This document shows positions 1-13,399 of a stretch of 64,000 bases of DNA, piece after piece. Made by a program: the position numbers and the translations under genes. This stretch comes from Octopus sinensis (lineage: Eukaryota), in the NCBI RefSeq assembly GCF_006345805.1, contig NC_042998.1, forward strand, positions 86,676,001 through 86,740,000. Direction: 5' to 3'. The notes beneath the pieces were generated by a model. That model saw only the letters and a program-made list of their open reading frames with translations. It did not search any database and was not told the DNA's origin. The stretch's first letter is position 1, and each line of letters opens with the position of its first letter.

Positions 1-28
<28 letters not shown>
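1..28. repeat. (TA)n microsatellite
   Basis: Pure AT dinucleotide run at the window start. Confidence 0.95.
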
Positions 29-31
<3 letters not shown>

Positions 32-131
32 ATAAGAAAGTTTGTTTGGTAAAGCACGTGGGTGAATATATAAGAAAATAGTAAAGAGTGAAAAAACGAC
101 AGAAGGCTTAAATGTTAAAAAATATATAGTC

Positions 132-458
132 TTGGTGGCAGCTGAAAACATAATTTATGTCATTAAATGCTCGGGCTGCCACCAAGACTACGTGGGGTCC
201 ACGGGACTATCACTCAGACGTAGATGCACACTGCATCGACAACAGATTGCATTCCCAGAATATAGAATGATACCTTTTAGTGAACACATTGAGAAATGCG
301 CAAAGCAACTACAACCACAATTTTTAATCTTTCTATTTTACCAATGTACTTTCGGATCATCATCACAAATTAGACTAAATAAGGAAACATTCTTCATTGA
401 AAAGTACAAACCCAGACTCAACTATCCGAACTCAATAATACAGAGAAATTCACACTAA
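132..458 (+). mobile_element. Penelope-like element, GIY-YIG endonuclease C-terminal fragment
   Basis: ORF reads IYVIKCSGCHQDYVGSTG..LRRR...H...HIEKC...E..FIEKYKPRLN. This is the IY..C..C...YVG / R / H / E / LN layout of PLE GIY-YIG domains. No RT lies upstream in the window. Confidence 0.85.
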
Positions 459-586
459 AGGAAAAAAAATTTTTTAAGTGATTATCTCCCTTACACCGGA
501 AGAAATCACTCACTACTTTCCCTTATTTAGAACTCTCCTTAGCAAAAATACAAGGATTACGTTATTAAAAATAAACATTAAGTCAC

Positions 587-625
587 AAGAAATTTGAAGA
601 GCTAACTGCGAAACCGGTATTTCTT
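587..625 (+). ncRNA. Candidate minimal type I hammerhead ribozyme in the PLE 3' region
   Basis: AAGAAA-T-TTGAAGA-GC-TAACT-GC-GAAAC-CG-GTA-TTTCTT: core (U)UGAnGA...GAAA, a 2-bp stem II, palindromic ACCGGT stem III and AAGAAA/TTTCTT stem I. C3 is U and there is one extra U. Confidence 0.45.
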
Positions 626-757
626 TAAAAATTATAAAATTATGTCATTTTAGGAAAGGAAAAAAATTTTTCCCATATTCTCCAGACATTTTGACGCAAA
701 TATATATATTTTTAACATTTAAGCCTTCTGTCGTTTTTTCACTCTTTACTATTTTCT

Positions 758-788
<31 letters not shown>

Positions 789-967
789 AGTGAATGGAAT
801 AAATGGAGTTGAACGAAGATTGTACAGAATACCTTTTATTACATCTACACATGTTTCGAAGGCCACAAATTTCCAAATTCTGTTTAAATAAGAGTACCGT
901 ATTGCGGCTTTCTTCGGTTAAACCTTTGAATAATCTGTTACAAGAAAATTCATCTTCTATTTCAACA

Positions 968-1018
<51 letters not shown>

Positions 1019-1405
1019 CATGTATATGTATAGATATGATGTATATCTCAGTCACAGCAAATTAGAGACCCAGATGTCTGTCAGATACCTCTGAGTAACC
1101 ATCTATCTATGTGGTCAGAAAATATTTGTAATATTTCAATTCTACAAACTATACAGTCCAATTGAAATTGAGACAAAAATCAGAGAAAGGAACTTTATTA
1201 ATAAATTCCAACCCAAGCTAAATAAAATATAATGCTAATACTTAGAGGTACTATTTCTACTGCTACGACCACTAACAACAACAACAAAACTAATGATGCT
1301 CATGATGACGATAGCTGTAAACTACCAGTCAAGTCAAGAGAAAAGTCAGTAAAAATAATCTTATTTTGGGGTTTAAAGTTCTGTAGCATTCTCTGATATC
1401 CTCAC

Positions 1406-2241
1406 TGTTTGAGAGACACGGCAGGAATGATCTCGTTTGAGATTACAGCCATCTTTGGCCGAGCTGTTCCTGTTGTGTCCACTGAATTGATTGGTTGACA
1501 TGAGGTGCGATTTGTCCCTACTTATTTCGCGCCACTGGCCAAAGCCAACCAATCACGGCCTTTGGTTAAGGTCCCTTCTCCTAGGCTCTGTTGAGCCACC
1601 TTACTTGTATATAAGGGAGTGTTCTCAGTATACTTGGGTCTTTGGTTCTAGTCCTTCTAAGGACTAACCTCTGGCCACAGAGCTACTCAACATGTTCCAG
1701 TTCCAGTGAGAGACGATCAACCACGACGACGCTAATGTACATCAGCAACAGAGCGCCTTCTATCTCCGCCACCGTCGTCACCATCATTGTACCAACTTCA
1801 AGTCGTCTCTACCATCGTCACCATCACCATCGTCCACTTCAGACATGTCCACACCAACTTCACAGATCCATGCTGTTAGAGTGAATCCCTTCACCAAGTA
1901 AAAACAGTCCATCCAAAGAATTCTATATTAGGAGAACCAGCTCAGCGATTGAGACCACAACCACGGCTCGACATATTCACCCAACCGGTCTCCCCCCCGA
2001 GACGCATCTTGATATTGAACTCTTACATACCGTGTATCTTATGAACTGTAAACCAATTTTCATCATTAACTCTATGCTCTGTACTTTCTGTGTCACGCAT
2101 TCACCCTTATTGTATCTGTCACACACACGAACACACAGACACAAACACGTGTTGCATGCACACATACACAACACTTGCTAGCGCTCACAACCTTCTAACC
2201 TTAACACCATTGTAAATAAAGTCTTATCTATCTCTCAAACA
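1406..2241 (+). mobile_element. Putative solo LTR (or TIR-bounded element)
   Basis: TG...CA ends lie within a perfect inverted repeat (1403-1416 vs 2231-2244). CCAAT is at 1549, TATATAA at 1608 and AATAAA at 2215. No target-site duplication found. Confidence 0.45.
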
Positions 2242-2405
2242 GTGGAACGGCTCGTCGTCTTTCATCTATATTCTGTTGGCACTGCATTGTATAAATTGTA
2301 TTTATGGCTTATCTTATTTCGTTAGGGATGCGACCATCGCCAACCTCCACATACGGTCATATTTCCTACAGTTCTATTACCACAGCTTCTTCTACCATCA
2401 CCACT

Positions 2406-2437
<32 letters not shown>

Positions 2438-2914
2438 CAACAACAATGATAATAATAATAAAGGAGATGATAATGATGATGATTGAAATATAAAAATCCC
2501 TGGAAAATGTTGTTTACAACATTTCTAGAAAGAGCCCTACAATTACTGCCTTGGTCAGGGTCAAAATACAGGTCTCTTGACATGCTCAACAAACTGTGAC
2601 ACCTAAACCAAACACCAATCAACACCAAATTTAGTAAAATCACACACTGAATGGACAGAATACATTTTGAAAAAAATGACATTCTGGAGTCTATACAAAT
2701 GTATTTAAGGCACAGAGTTCCAGTTTGCTTGACTGGTAAAATCACTCTAGTAAGGGCATCCAGTTACAAAAAGAAATGTTTTCAATAAACGCCATCTTAT
2801 CTTTCTAGTATGCAAAATTGATTATAAAACATTAAAAATGAAAGAAAAACAAAATGCTGAGAATACCATGAATTTAATGCTATCATTTTTACTCATAGTA
2901 AATTTTCTTTTCAG

Positions 2915-3087
2915 GCACTGTTGTTGTAACTGTTGAAGTGACTGGAAACAATTTCCCTAAATTAATTTTAGTGGGAGATATACTGAAATATATAAAAGTA
3001 GTAGATAATCCTTCTTGTACTAATACTGCATCATGTAACAAGTTTGATTTGGTTACCATAAAAGAAATTGACAGAGAAAAAGTTCCG
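2915..3087 (+). CDS. Cadherin-superfamily gene, exon (phase-1 acceptor, phase-0 donor): (G)TVVVTVEVTGNNFPKLILVGDILKYIKVVDNPSCTNTASCNKFDLVTIKEIDREKVP
   Basis: Acceptor ttttcttttcAG and donor GTATGT. Contains NNxP and the cadherin IDRE motif, and joins in frame to the next exons. Confidence 0.8.
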
Positions 3088-4289
3088 GTATGTACAAAAC
3101 TTCTTGAAATAATTTCCACATGCTGACATTAATAAATAATGAAAATGAAATAAAATGAATAAAAAACAAAACAGCATTGTTGATAAGGGCATTTTCATTT
3201 ATCTTTATTTATAAAACTTGTAGTCACTCAGTTGAAAATGGGATGAGACATAAAATGATAAAAAGTTCATTGGTTAATTGAGAATATAGGCCCATTTGAG
3301 AGCACACTGTCTGAGAGTGGTGGTAGACTAAAGTAAACACAGAAGGTTTTGCACTTGGTGACTATAAATGAAATGGGGAGGAAAGGGAATTTTGTACAAA
3401 ATTTAGTCATGTCGACTGAAAAGTGTCAGATATGAGAATTCTTGGACATTAGTATAGATTTTCTTGATAACAAATGAGAAATCTCAGGTGCAATATCTTG
3501 CAGATTGTATGAAGTCACAAGTGAAAATCAAGTGTGAAGATTTCAGCTTTCCCTTGAATTGAGTTACAGTTTGAATAATTGCAGCAACAGCCTGGACCTT
3601 GCTAAAAGCATCTAAATATCCAGAAACTGGTTTAAAATCGAGCAGCATGTTATGTTTACTATTTCAAAAAGCAGACTGTGTTTTTATCATGATACCAGTG
3701 ATAGAGGGATAATTACCAGTTGAGCATTGGGGTTGATGTAATCGGTTAGCCACCTTTCCCCTAAAATTTCAGGGCTTGTGTCTACAGTAGAAAGAATTAT
3801 GTATGATACTGGTATATGCATTATTTCTTTGTGGCTTTTATTGAGAATTTTGATTATATTTACAGAGGAGTTTTCATTTGTTTTAAGTAATGTTTGACAG
3901 TTGCAAAAAGTATGGTGGGAAGATGAATAAAGTTAATGTTTTGTTAGAATATTTGAAAATGTGAGGCTGAGGAGATAAAAAGAGGCAGAGAAGGAGTGCT
4001 TAAAGGAAGCATATCTGGGGAGGAAGGATTTCAAAATCTGTTTTGTTTGAAGTATAGGGTAAGTTAAGTTGGATGAGGTACTTTTAGCCAACTTGGTGAG
4101 AATCAGAGAGTGTGATATTATTAACAATGACATAGAGAGAATATAACTTGATAATTGGGAGAAGAGTATTGTTGAATTAAGGTTTTGCTTATATTTTGCC
4201 TGTATCAGACATATATACTATTATTTATGTATTTATAATAAAACATTAATTTCTTGAATAAGAACATAATTCTTTGTATCATTTTTCAG

Positions 4290-4322
4290 AACGGATTTGT
4301 TTTGTTTACTCCTGAGTTTATG
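4290..4322 (+). CDS. Cadherin gene, 33-nt exon: NGFVLFTPEFM
   Basis: Acceptor atttttcAG, donor GTAAGA, phase 0/0. It supplies the strand expected between DRE and the D of 'DGSVG'. Confidence 0.75.
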
Positions 4323-4872
4323 GTAAGAATATATACTTCTAATACTTAACTTTTTATGATTGGCTTAGTTGACACATAAATTGAAAGCTGAATTCCTTAT
4401 ATTTAATTCCAAATGTATGTATAGCTTTAATATAATCAGAAAATAATGGGAGAATATGTGATTGTAACTTCATTTAAATTGAAAGAAACTCAATTGGGAA
4501 TCTGGTCTCATATTTTCTCCTTTAAAATTTTAGAAACCTTAAGTTATTTGAAAACTATCATAAATCTATCAGCAGAAAAACCACCTAGTGAACAGTTTTC
4601 TGCTAGCCATTATGATAATGATATGCTTTTCGTTTGTGTGTTCATTCATTTTTATAACTGTTTTTCCATGCTGGTGTGCATAAGGTAAACTGGTTATTGA
4701 AGCAATATCTTTTAGCTGAATGTTTTTCCAGATTCTAATTCTTACATATTTTTCAAGGAATCTCATATGTCACATGACTTTGAAGGCATGAAGCAAGTAG
4801 AGAAATGCCAAAAAGAATACTGCTTGGATGTTGTGACTTTCAATTAAGCAAGTGCAGATGTAAATAAACTGA

Positions 4873-4873
<1 letters not shown>

Positions 4874-4915
<42 letters not shown>
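4874..4915. repeat. (CA)n microsatellite
   Basis: Direct inspection. Confidence 0.95.
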
Positions 4916-4919
<4 letters not shown>

Positions 4920-4964
4920 ATGCATGTATACACTCACACACACATTCATGCACATAACTGGTTT

Positions 4965-5090
4965 CTTTCAGTTTCTGATTACTGAATCCACTCCCAAAAT
5001 TTTGATTGGCTCAGGGTGATAGTAGAAGATACTTGCCCAAGGTATCATGCAAAACTACTCAGTTAGGAAGTTGACTTCTGAACTGCTTGA
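4965..5090 (-). mobile_element. Degenerate tRNA-derived SINE fragment (same family as 48921-49322)
   Basis: Similar to 49175-49300 (ctttcagtt..aatccact..agaagatacttgcccaagg). Confidence 0.65.
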
Positions 5091-7350
5091 CTATGTTTGC
5101 CCAATATATATATACTATCTGTGACTAAGTTTGCAGGTTGAAGTTTGAACTACGTAGTTGTCTCAGATGCTGCTCTTTAGTATCCTACATTAGTATTTTT
5201 TCATAATTTGCAAGACTGATGGATGGCAGTTATAACATAAACCTAATACTATAGGTCACCAATTTTTAGTGAGGAATGTCACCGAAGCAAAAGAGTTCTA
5301 TGTTTCAAGAAGTTCAGAAGGCATAATCTTTTTTCCCACATAATAATTTATTTTTACATTTTTAATGAACACTGAACAAAGTGCATATGAAGAAATATTT
5401 TCCTCTTGTGAATGTTAATGAACATCAACTATTTGTTTAAGAATATGTGTGTAGCAAGACATGATTTAATCTGGCATAACTTACGACATAATTTAAATTG
5501 GGTATTTCACCGACTGTAGGATGAATACAGATAAACGCCAGAAAAGGATGCATAGGTTTGAATAAGAACAATGTTAAAGAAGCATAGCTGAATTATAATA
5601 AAGACACTAGGACTGTCAAAATTGACAAAGCCTTAAGCTGGTTATAAGAACTGTAATAACATTTCAGCAGGAATACTAAAAGTACAGACAGAGCTGTCTA
5701 CTTTACCAAAGTTTCCAAATTAGTTATAAACAGTGAACAAGACTTCAGCTGATATATTGTGAAAGCTGCTAGGTTGGGCTAATCAGCCAAGTTTCCAAAC
5801 AGGTTATAAAAATGGGTAAAACAAAACAGGTATATTGTAAAAGCCACTAAGGTTGCTAGGCAAGTTAAAATTGATAAATCAATGACTACATCTTGTTGAC
5901 TTGAAGTATCAATAGCAATGAGGTGTTTTCGTCTTGCTGGTCCAACAGCAACGTACTGTTGAGCAGTAGTTGCCACATATATCCTTCCACAATCAGAAGT
6001 AAATTGATGAAATTGGCAAAACACAACTGTGCTATGTTGCCACAACAAAATAATGCCAACATGTCTCACTACATTAGTTATGGAAATAGCTCAATTAGAA
6101 ACAAATTGAGATTAGATAAGACACAGTTCAGTTTTGTGCCAGGGAAAAGTATTATGGATACTTTGTTCCTAATGAGACACTTGCAAGAGAAAGCTTAACT
6201 AAAAAAGTAAGCCACTGTACTGTCATCAACATAGAGAAAAAGTTTCTTGCTCTGTAATCAGATGACCACTAAGAAAGCTAGGCGAATGGCTTGGAAGATC
6301 CATACTAACTATGTAAAGAAATGCTGTCAGTAAGGTAAAAGTTAACACTTTGTAGAGTTATGTATATATATATAAATATATATATATATATGTATATCAT
6401 CATCATCATCATCATCTTCACATTTCTTTGAGCTGTGCAAATAATACCGAACTGAGTTGGTGCTTCAATTTAAGTACCTAATTCAACTGAATCTCAATAT
6501 GTATATATATATATATTCTTTGCATCTCACTGTTGCCATTGTTTTTGATTGAAATCATTTGTTTACATCTTTCTGGAAAATTATGACCAGCTTTGTTAGA
6601 AAACTGTTGTTCTTTTTTTAATTTCTGTTCTGTTGTTGCTTGTAGATTTTTAATCACTAATTTCTAAACTTGAGTACACCATTGAAAAATAGAGTGGAGT
6701 ATTGCCATCCATTTCTCCTTTCTTTCAATGCCTCCTTGGATCTTTCTACTCCTGCAGGGGGTTGGTACTGCATAGTTTAGGAACCACTGGTTTAACCAAT
6801 ACATTAAACAAGTGTTCAGTTAGTGAAATAATTAGATATTTAACCAATTGACTAAGAATAAAGAAGTGGAATTAAACCTGTGCATATGTTGTTCTTATTT
6901 GTGTATTGACTCTCCCAAGATACAACTAAATATATATTGAAAAGTAATATTTGTTGCCACTTCAACATGACTTTTTCTCTATGAATTGGTGTTACTACCA
7001 TTTTTAACCCCAAGAACAGCCATGTTGAAGTGGTGACAAACATTACTTCTCAGTACAGTTACTACTTTCATGTCTTATAGAGATTTTCTAATTAGATATT
7101 TTGCTTGTGAAATATATATTATTCAAATTCAATTTGTAAATTTGTCTTATGATAAAATAAGCAGCAATGATAAAATAAGAATCAACAATTTATTTTGTAA
7201 TGAGTTCATACAAATGATTGCAAAAGTGTTGAGTCATCTTATGTAATGCTTTTTTGTGATGTAAAAGCAGTTTTGCAATGTAAAAGTAGAACTCATGTCT
7301 TTGAAATTTTATGGAATTATAACATTTGAATATCTGTTTTTTAAATTCAG

Positions 7351-7449
7351 GATGGCTCAGTAGGTGGTTTATGTGCCTTAATAATTCTTGATGAAAATGA
7401 TAATGTTCCAGTTTTCGGAAGTCAATGCTATAAAGCAACAATACCAGAG
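7351..7449 (+). CDS. Cadherin gene, 99-nt exon: DGSVGGLCALIILDENDNVPVFGSQCYKATIPE
   Basis: Acceptor ttaaattcAG, donor GTAAGA. Contains the DxNDNxPxF Ca2+-binding linker and the Y...IPE start of the next EC repeat. Confidence 0.92.
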
Positions 7450-7534
7450 GTAAGAATTTGACATTTTCTTTCAAAAGATTCTCTCTCGTTCTTTCTCCCT
7501 CTCTCTTTCTAATGCTTCATGGAAATGAAGTATT

Positions 7535-7900
7535 GAACATGACTGCAGAAGGCATAAGAATACTTGAAAGAAATGAGATGCGCATGCATGCTCTACTGGA
7601 TGTATTAATGTGCTTGTATGACAAAGTGCATATGTGCTGAGAGATAAATTGGGTAAAAGATGTACCAGATGTGGTGTACAAAAGAGAAGACTGCTGATAT
7701 GGTCTTGTGATGGGTATGGATGAGCACAGCTGCATAAAGAAGTACAGACTGTTGAATGTGGATGGAACTTATGAAAGAAGACGATTCAGGAAAACATGAA
7801 ATGAAGTAGTGAAGACCAGTGTCAGGTTGTTGAACCTTGCATAAAAGACTGAGCTGATTAGAGATTCAGTGTGCACAAGAAACCTTACCCATCTCATAAA
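7535..7900 (+). mobile_element. RTE-clade LINE 3' fragment
   Basis: TAEGIRILERNEMRM.. parallels TAEDMRRLKRNEASM of the RTE at 23843-24160. Confidence 0.6.
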
Positions 7901-9443
7901 AACAAAATGAGGTATGGAAAGCGCATTGTTAATGCCTGTACCACTGCACCCATCTGTACCTGTCACAACTCATCTTTGCAACACCCATCATACATTCAAC
8001 CTTCTAACTATGGCCCAAATTCTTCAGCGGAACTACCCATATTCTACCCTTCCTTTTCTGCTACTAGATATCCCTCCCCTAGGAGCCACATCTGTTGTCA
8101 TCCACCCAACACTCTCAACATCATCCCTTATCATTTTATTTTCTAGGGAATGCCCATTTCCCCTTAACACCTCATATCTACCATCAATGCCCCACAGTTT
8201 TGTCCCTCAATGTATCCACCCCTACATGCCTTTCACTTTCATATCTGCTTCTGTGTAGCTTCTTTTTCTCCCATATAATATCTCCCTATTTCTCATCTAT
8301 ATACAGTTTTATTATACCGTTGCTCTCCATGTCCCATTTTTACATATTTCCACCTATCATCACCTTCTCTCTGATCCACTCCTATTTTCCGTTATCCTCC
8401 CCATAAACCTGAGATTCACTATTGACCACATCTCCATCCACATTGACAACTCACTGCATTCCCCTCTATCCCCATCTCTAACTGTCTATCACTCTCCTTT
8501 CACACTCTCACGAATCTATCCACCCAGAAATCTTTGATTCTCTGTTCTTATTCCCTCTCCTTCTTATAACTTGAGAGTATGTCCTGACCCCTCATCTCCA
8601 CTGTCTTTTCTCCCTTTGCAGATGGGATAAACACATACCTCCTCTGCAGCAAGACACCTTTTTCTGTCCCTCTATCTTGTCTTTTAACAACTGGAACAAA
8701 GACACCTCCTTCAGCACTGTACCTAAATCTTTCGAGGGGTCTTGTCTTGTGAGTTACTGGTGACCATAGAAACCATGCCAAAGTAGACATTGGAGCTAGG
8801 CTTAGTCATTTGGTACAGTGCCATTGAACTGTCCAACTCATGCTGGCATAGAATACTGATGCACCCTTAGCAATACTCTACCATCTCATTTAAATTGTGA
8901 TCCCTGTACCTTGAGGGTATAGCCTGACATTTCACTACCATCTCTCTTCTATTCTGTTTTGCACTCTCACCCTCTTGCTCACTTCCACACACTCTCTCAT
9001 TCTTGATCATGCACTCTCTCTCTCTCTCTCTCTCTCCCTCTCTATTGGGTAACAATACATCTCTTCTACAGCAAGACAGCTGTTTCTATCCCTTTGTTAC
9101 ACTGTAACCTCTCATCACCTGGCACAAGGCTACATCAAACGATCTTTGTCCTGCAAGTTACTTGGTTACTCTCCAGTGCTGGTACTTCCACTCCACACTG
9201 TAATGTGGATGATACTTGGAAGGGCATTCAACTGTAAAAACCATGCCAAAAGAGGCACTGGTGCCACAAAAAAAAAACACTCAGTTCACTCTGTAAGATT
9301 GTTGGTGTTAGGAAGCACATCAAACCATAAAAATCCTGCCCAAATATACAGTGAAGCCTGGTATATTTTTCTGCCTACCCAGCCCCTTTCAAATCGTCCA
9401 ATGCATGCTAGCATCGAGAATGGATGTTAGATGATGATGATAA

Positions 9444-9485
9444 TGTATGTATGTATGTATGTATATGTATGTATATGTATGTATG

Positions 9486-9517
<32 letters not shown>

Positions 9518-9556
9518 TGTATGTATGTATGTATGTATGTATGTATGTATGTATGT
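9444..9556. repeat. (TATG)n tetranucleotide microsatellite
   Basis: Direct inspection; it follows an RTE-type (GAT)n 3' tail. Confidence 0.95.
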
Positions 9557-10261
9557 ATCAAGGCATGTTAACACATTGGATGCCAGAACTGGCTAGGTAC
9601 CATAACATGACGTTTACAGTGAGGTAGACAACAATGAGGTATCATGTGTTAGTGTATGCTGTAGATATGAAGATATGTAAGTGCCAAATCCAATTTGAAC
9701 AGTAGGTTTCAAGTATGGTATAGGTGTAAAAAGAACACAAAGGGGGCTAAAATTTACTACGCCTGTTTAAGGAGAATTCTATGGATGCATTTATAGATTA
9801 TATCAGCATAAATCCACCATCTTCAGGCGAAAGTTTTAAACAGGTATAAACAGGTAAGCTGAAACACAAATTTAGATGCCACAAATCCAGAAAGTTGGCT
9901 GAACTAGGCAATGAGGACATAATATAATGTAACTCATATAGTTTCGAGGTCGTTAAATTAAGTACCACTTGCATATTGACAGGCCCCCTCCCTAAAAATT
10001 TTGGGCTTTGTGCCTTGAGTAGAAAAGAATATGATTTAACCCACCTTGGATTTTCTAAAAAGCTATTTGTTTCCTTTGAGGAAAATTTTTCCCTCATTGA
10101 GTAAACATTACCAATACACATAGGATAAGAATTTCTTTTTCAACCTTATCAAATCTAAAATGCATTATAGCTGGTATAAATCAGTGAAATATCAAAAAAA
10201 CCATTTCAATAAAGATAGCATCAATAATAATGATAAAAATAATCATAATAATAATAATAAA

Positions 10262-10790
10262 CATCCTGATGCAATACTAGGCACTGGTTTTCATGGTTTC
10301 TGATCTTAACATATTGGAAGTGTTATCATGTACATGTGTTGTCATAGTATAAAAGATAGTCTACTACAAAAAAAAACACAGATTTGCTTGTCACTTCTTT
10401 GACCTTAACCAGTTGAGCATGTCCCTTAGTGGCTGATGATATATGCATCTCTGATTATGAGTAAAAGTAGTGGGGATGCATCATAGCCATGTGCAGAGAG
10501 GAATTCTCTGGGGTTTAAATAATTTCCCTCTGGAAACATGGGTGTTTCTTTCAACATCCTTAAACAACCCTTATTCAGGGGCCTTTTGAGTAGGATGAGT
10601 TACTTGACCTGAAGAAAATTCTAACTGGGTCTCAACTGCAAGGTTATGCACTGGTTATCTTGTCATGTTGCATACATATGGTTATGATACATGTGCCTAG
10701 TGTACTCTTATCAGACAGGTAGTCATAATAGGTATACTTGGCTTTGTACATTTTATCTCACTGTCACTTAGATAGTATGCAGTGCTCTCT
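10262..10790. repeat. ~520-bp interspersed repeat, copy 1 of 3 (others at 21128-21645 and 37497-37920)
   Basis: Shared blocks such as cacagatttgcttgt..gaccttaaccagttgagcatgtcc..gtgcatctctgatc..ggaaacatgggtgtttc. No ORF. Confidence 0.75.
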
Positions 10791-10795
10791 CATTC

Positions 10796-10843
<48 letters not shown>

Positions 10844-10844
<1 letters not shown>

Positions 10845-13375
10845 GTATGGAGCAACGAAAAAGAGTTTAATGCTGAGGCTGACTGGATAGAACGTGAGAA
10901 TTTGAGACTGGATGAACTTGAAGAACAGAAATGGGAAGCAATAGGAATAGAGGAGCTAAGGTGTGTCCTTAGGAAGGCTCATAAATGGAAAACCCCAGGA
11001 CTGGATCGGATCCCTAACTTTTGGCTGAATTGTTTGACAGAGGTACACGAAAATCTCGCTGCATCTCTGTCTGATGTCATTCAGAACCCAGAGCAAATAC
11101 CTGCTTGGCTGACTGAAGGAACCACCTACCTATTACCTAAAACCGAAGACACAAAAAACCCAAAGAATTACCGGCCAATAACATGTCTCAACACCACCTA
11201 CAAAATCCTCACATCCATAATAACGGAGAGAATGTACGCTTTCCTTGAACAAAACTCTATCCTTCCACAAGCTCAAAAAGGTTGTAAAAGAAACTCTTAT
11301 GGGTGCAAAGACCAATTGCTCATAAACAGAATGATTGTAGAGAATTGCCGGAGCAAAAACAAATACCTGAGTATGGCATGGATAGACTACAGGAAAGCGT
11401 ATGACAGTGTCCCACATAAATGGATACTCAAGGCCCTTGAGATATACAAGATCTCTCCTGTCGTCTCAAAATTCTTAGAGAATAGCATGACCATGTGGAA
11501 CACACGTCTCTTTCTAAGCCATAGTAATGGGATGAGCCAGTCCAACAGCATCAACATCAAACGAGGCATCTTTCAAGGTGACTCCCTCTCTCCATTACTT
11601 TTTTGCATGGCACTGATCCCACTCTCAAACGAATTGGATAGTACCAGATATGGGTACAAAGTTTTTAGTAAGTTAATAAACCACCTTTTCTATATGGATG
11701 ACCTAAAGCTGTTTGCCAGGAATGACCAAGAGTTAGAAGGGCTGCTAACAACTGTTAAAGAGTTTAGCAATGATATCGGAATGGATTTTGGCCTTGATAA
11801 GTGTGCTAAAGCAACTTTTGTAAGAGGCAAGCTCAGGCAAACAGCTTCTGTTAAATTAGATATTGACACTACCATCAAGGAACTTGACCCACAAGAAAGT
11901 TACAAATACCTAGGAATCAATGAAGGAGATGGTATACATCATGCTACTATGAAGGAAAAAATAAGAAAGGAATACTATAGGAGAATAAGGCTTGTACTGA
12001 AGACTGAACTCAACTCCAAAAATTGCATTGAGGCCATTAATACCCTGGCGCTTCCAGTAGTCCAGTACAGTTTTAACATCATTAACTGGAACCTTACGGA
12101 ACTCCAACGCTTTGACAGGGAGACAAGAAAATTACTGACATCCAAGAGCATGCACCACCCTAAGGCAGATGTAGACCGCCTGTACCTACCTAGAAGCAGC
12201 GGGGGGAGAGGAATGATGCAATTAGAGCTGTAGGAATGAACAGGTACCTATCTAGTACAAAGGACTGGATGCTGTGACTTGTGTGCGAATACGAAAGCAG
12301 CAAAAAGCTGCATTCTATTGTCAAGGAAGCCTATATGTTTGAAAGGGAACTAGACATTAACCTTGAATCAGATGAAGAGCTGGAAACCACTGCTACCAAG
12401 CAAGCAAAGCGAATCAAGCAGACTGCAAAAAAGAACGGGCAGAATCAAATTGAGAGGCGGTGGAGCCAGAAGCCCCTGCATGGACAATATATTCTCCGAA
12501 GCCAAAATGCTGATGTAGACCAAGCAACAACCCATCAGTGGCTGAAGAGTTCTGGATCGAAAGCAGAAACTGAAGGCTTCATAATGGCAGCACAAGATCA
12601 AAGCTTGTTTACCAGAAATTACTGGGCTAACGTTCTCCGAAACGGTACTGACCCTAAATGCAGATTCTGCGACACATTTGACGAAACGATAGACCATCTC
12701 GTTTCAGGATGTCCTGTGCTGACACCAAACGAATACAAAAATCGCCACGATAGGGTAGGACAGTATATACATTGGAAGATATGTAAATACTACAAATTCG
12801 ACACTCCTGCTAACTGGTATGAACACCATCCTCAGCCAGTTGTTGAAGGTAAGGATGTCACCATCCTCTGAGATTTTCCAGTCAACACTGACAGAACGAT
12901 CAAGGCTAATCGACCAGACATAATTGTTAAAGACAGGGAAGAAAATACCTGCAGACTAAGAGAGGTAAGTGTCCCCACTGATAAAAATGTATCTGTAAAG
13001 GAATTTGACAAACTTAGTAAATATAAGGACCTGGAAATCGAAATACAAAAGATGTGGAATCTTAAAACAAAAACTGTTCCTGTTATTGTAGGTGCCCTAG
13101 ATATGATAAAAAAGGGATGTCAGAAACACCTAGACAATATCCCTGGAGAACCATGTCTCAAGGAAATCCAAAAGATTGTGCTAACAAGTACTGCCCACAT
13201 CCTTAGAAAAACTCTATCAATGTAAATGTTTGTGTTTGTATTACATGGAGATATTTCTCTACTTCCCCTCCCCAAGCTTTCAGCTATATTTCAACAACTC
13301 TTAACCTTCACTTGCCCTAGGGCGCTGGGTGTACCCCGGCAAGTGATTGCATCAAACATGCAGATTAAAAGTAAA
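10844..13375 (+). mobile_element. R4/Dong-clade non-LTR retrotransposon, 5'-truncated (RT + CCHC + restriction-like endonuclease)
   Basis: QGDSLSP, YMDDLKLF, CRFCDTFDETIDHLVSGC, RHD and RPDIIV..D motifs. In-frame stops at about 12231 and 12869. Bounded by (AAT)n at 10796-10843 and TAA/TGA repeats at about 13376. Confidence 0.92.
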
Positions 13376-13399
13376 TGATAATGATAATGATAATAATAA

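Noticed and set aside
1403-2244. CACTA/CACTG DNA transposon
   Set aside because: The ends read CACTG..CAGTG, but there is no 2-3 bp TSD and no subterminal repeats. The LTR-like signals fit better.
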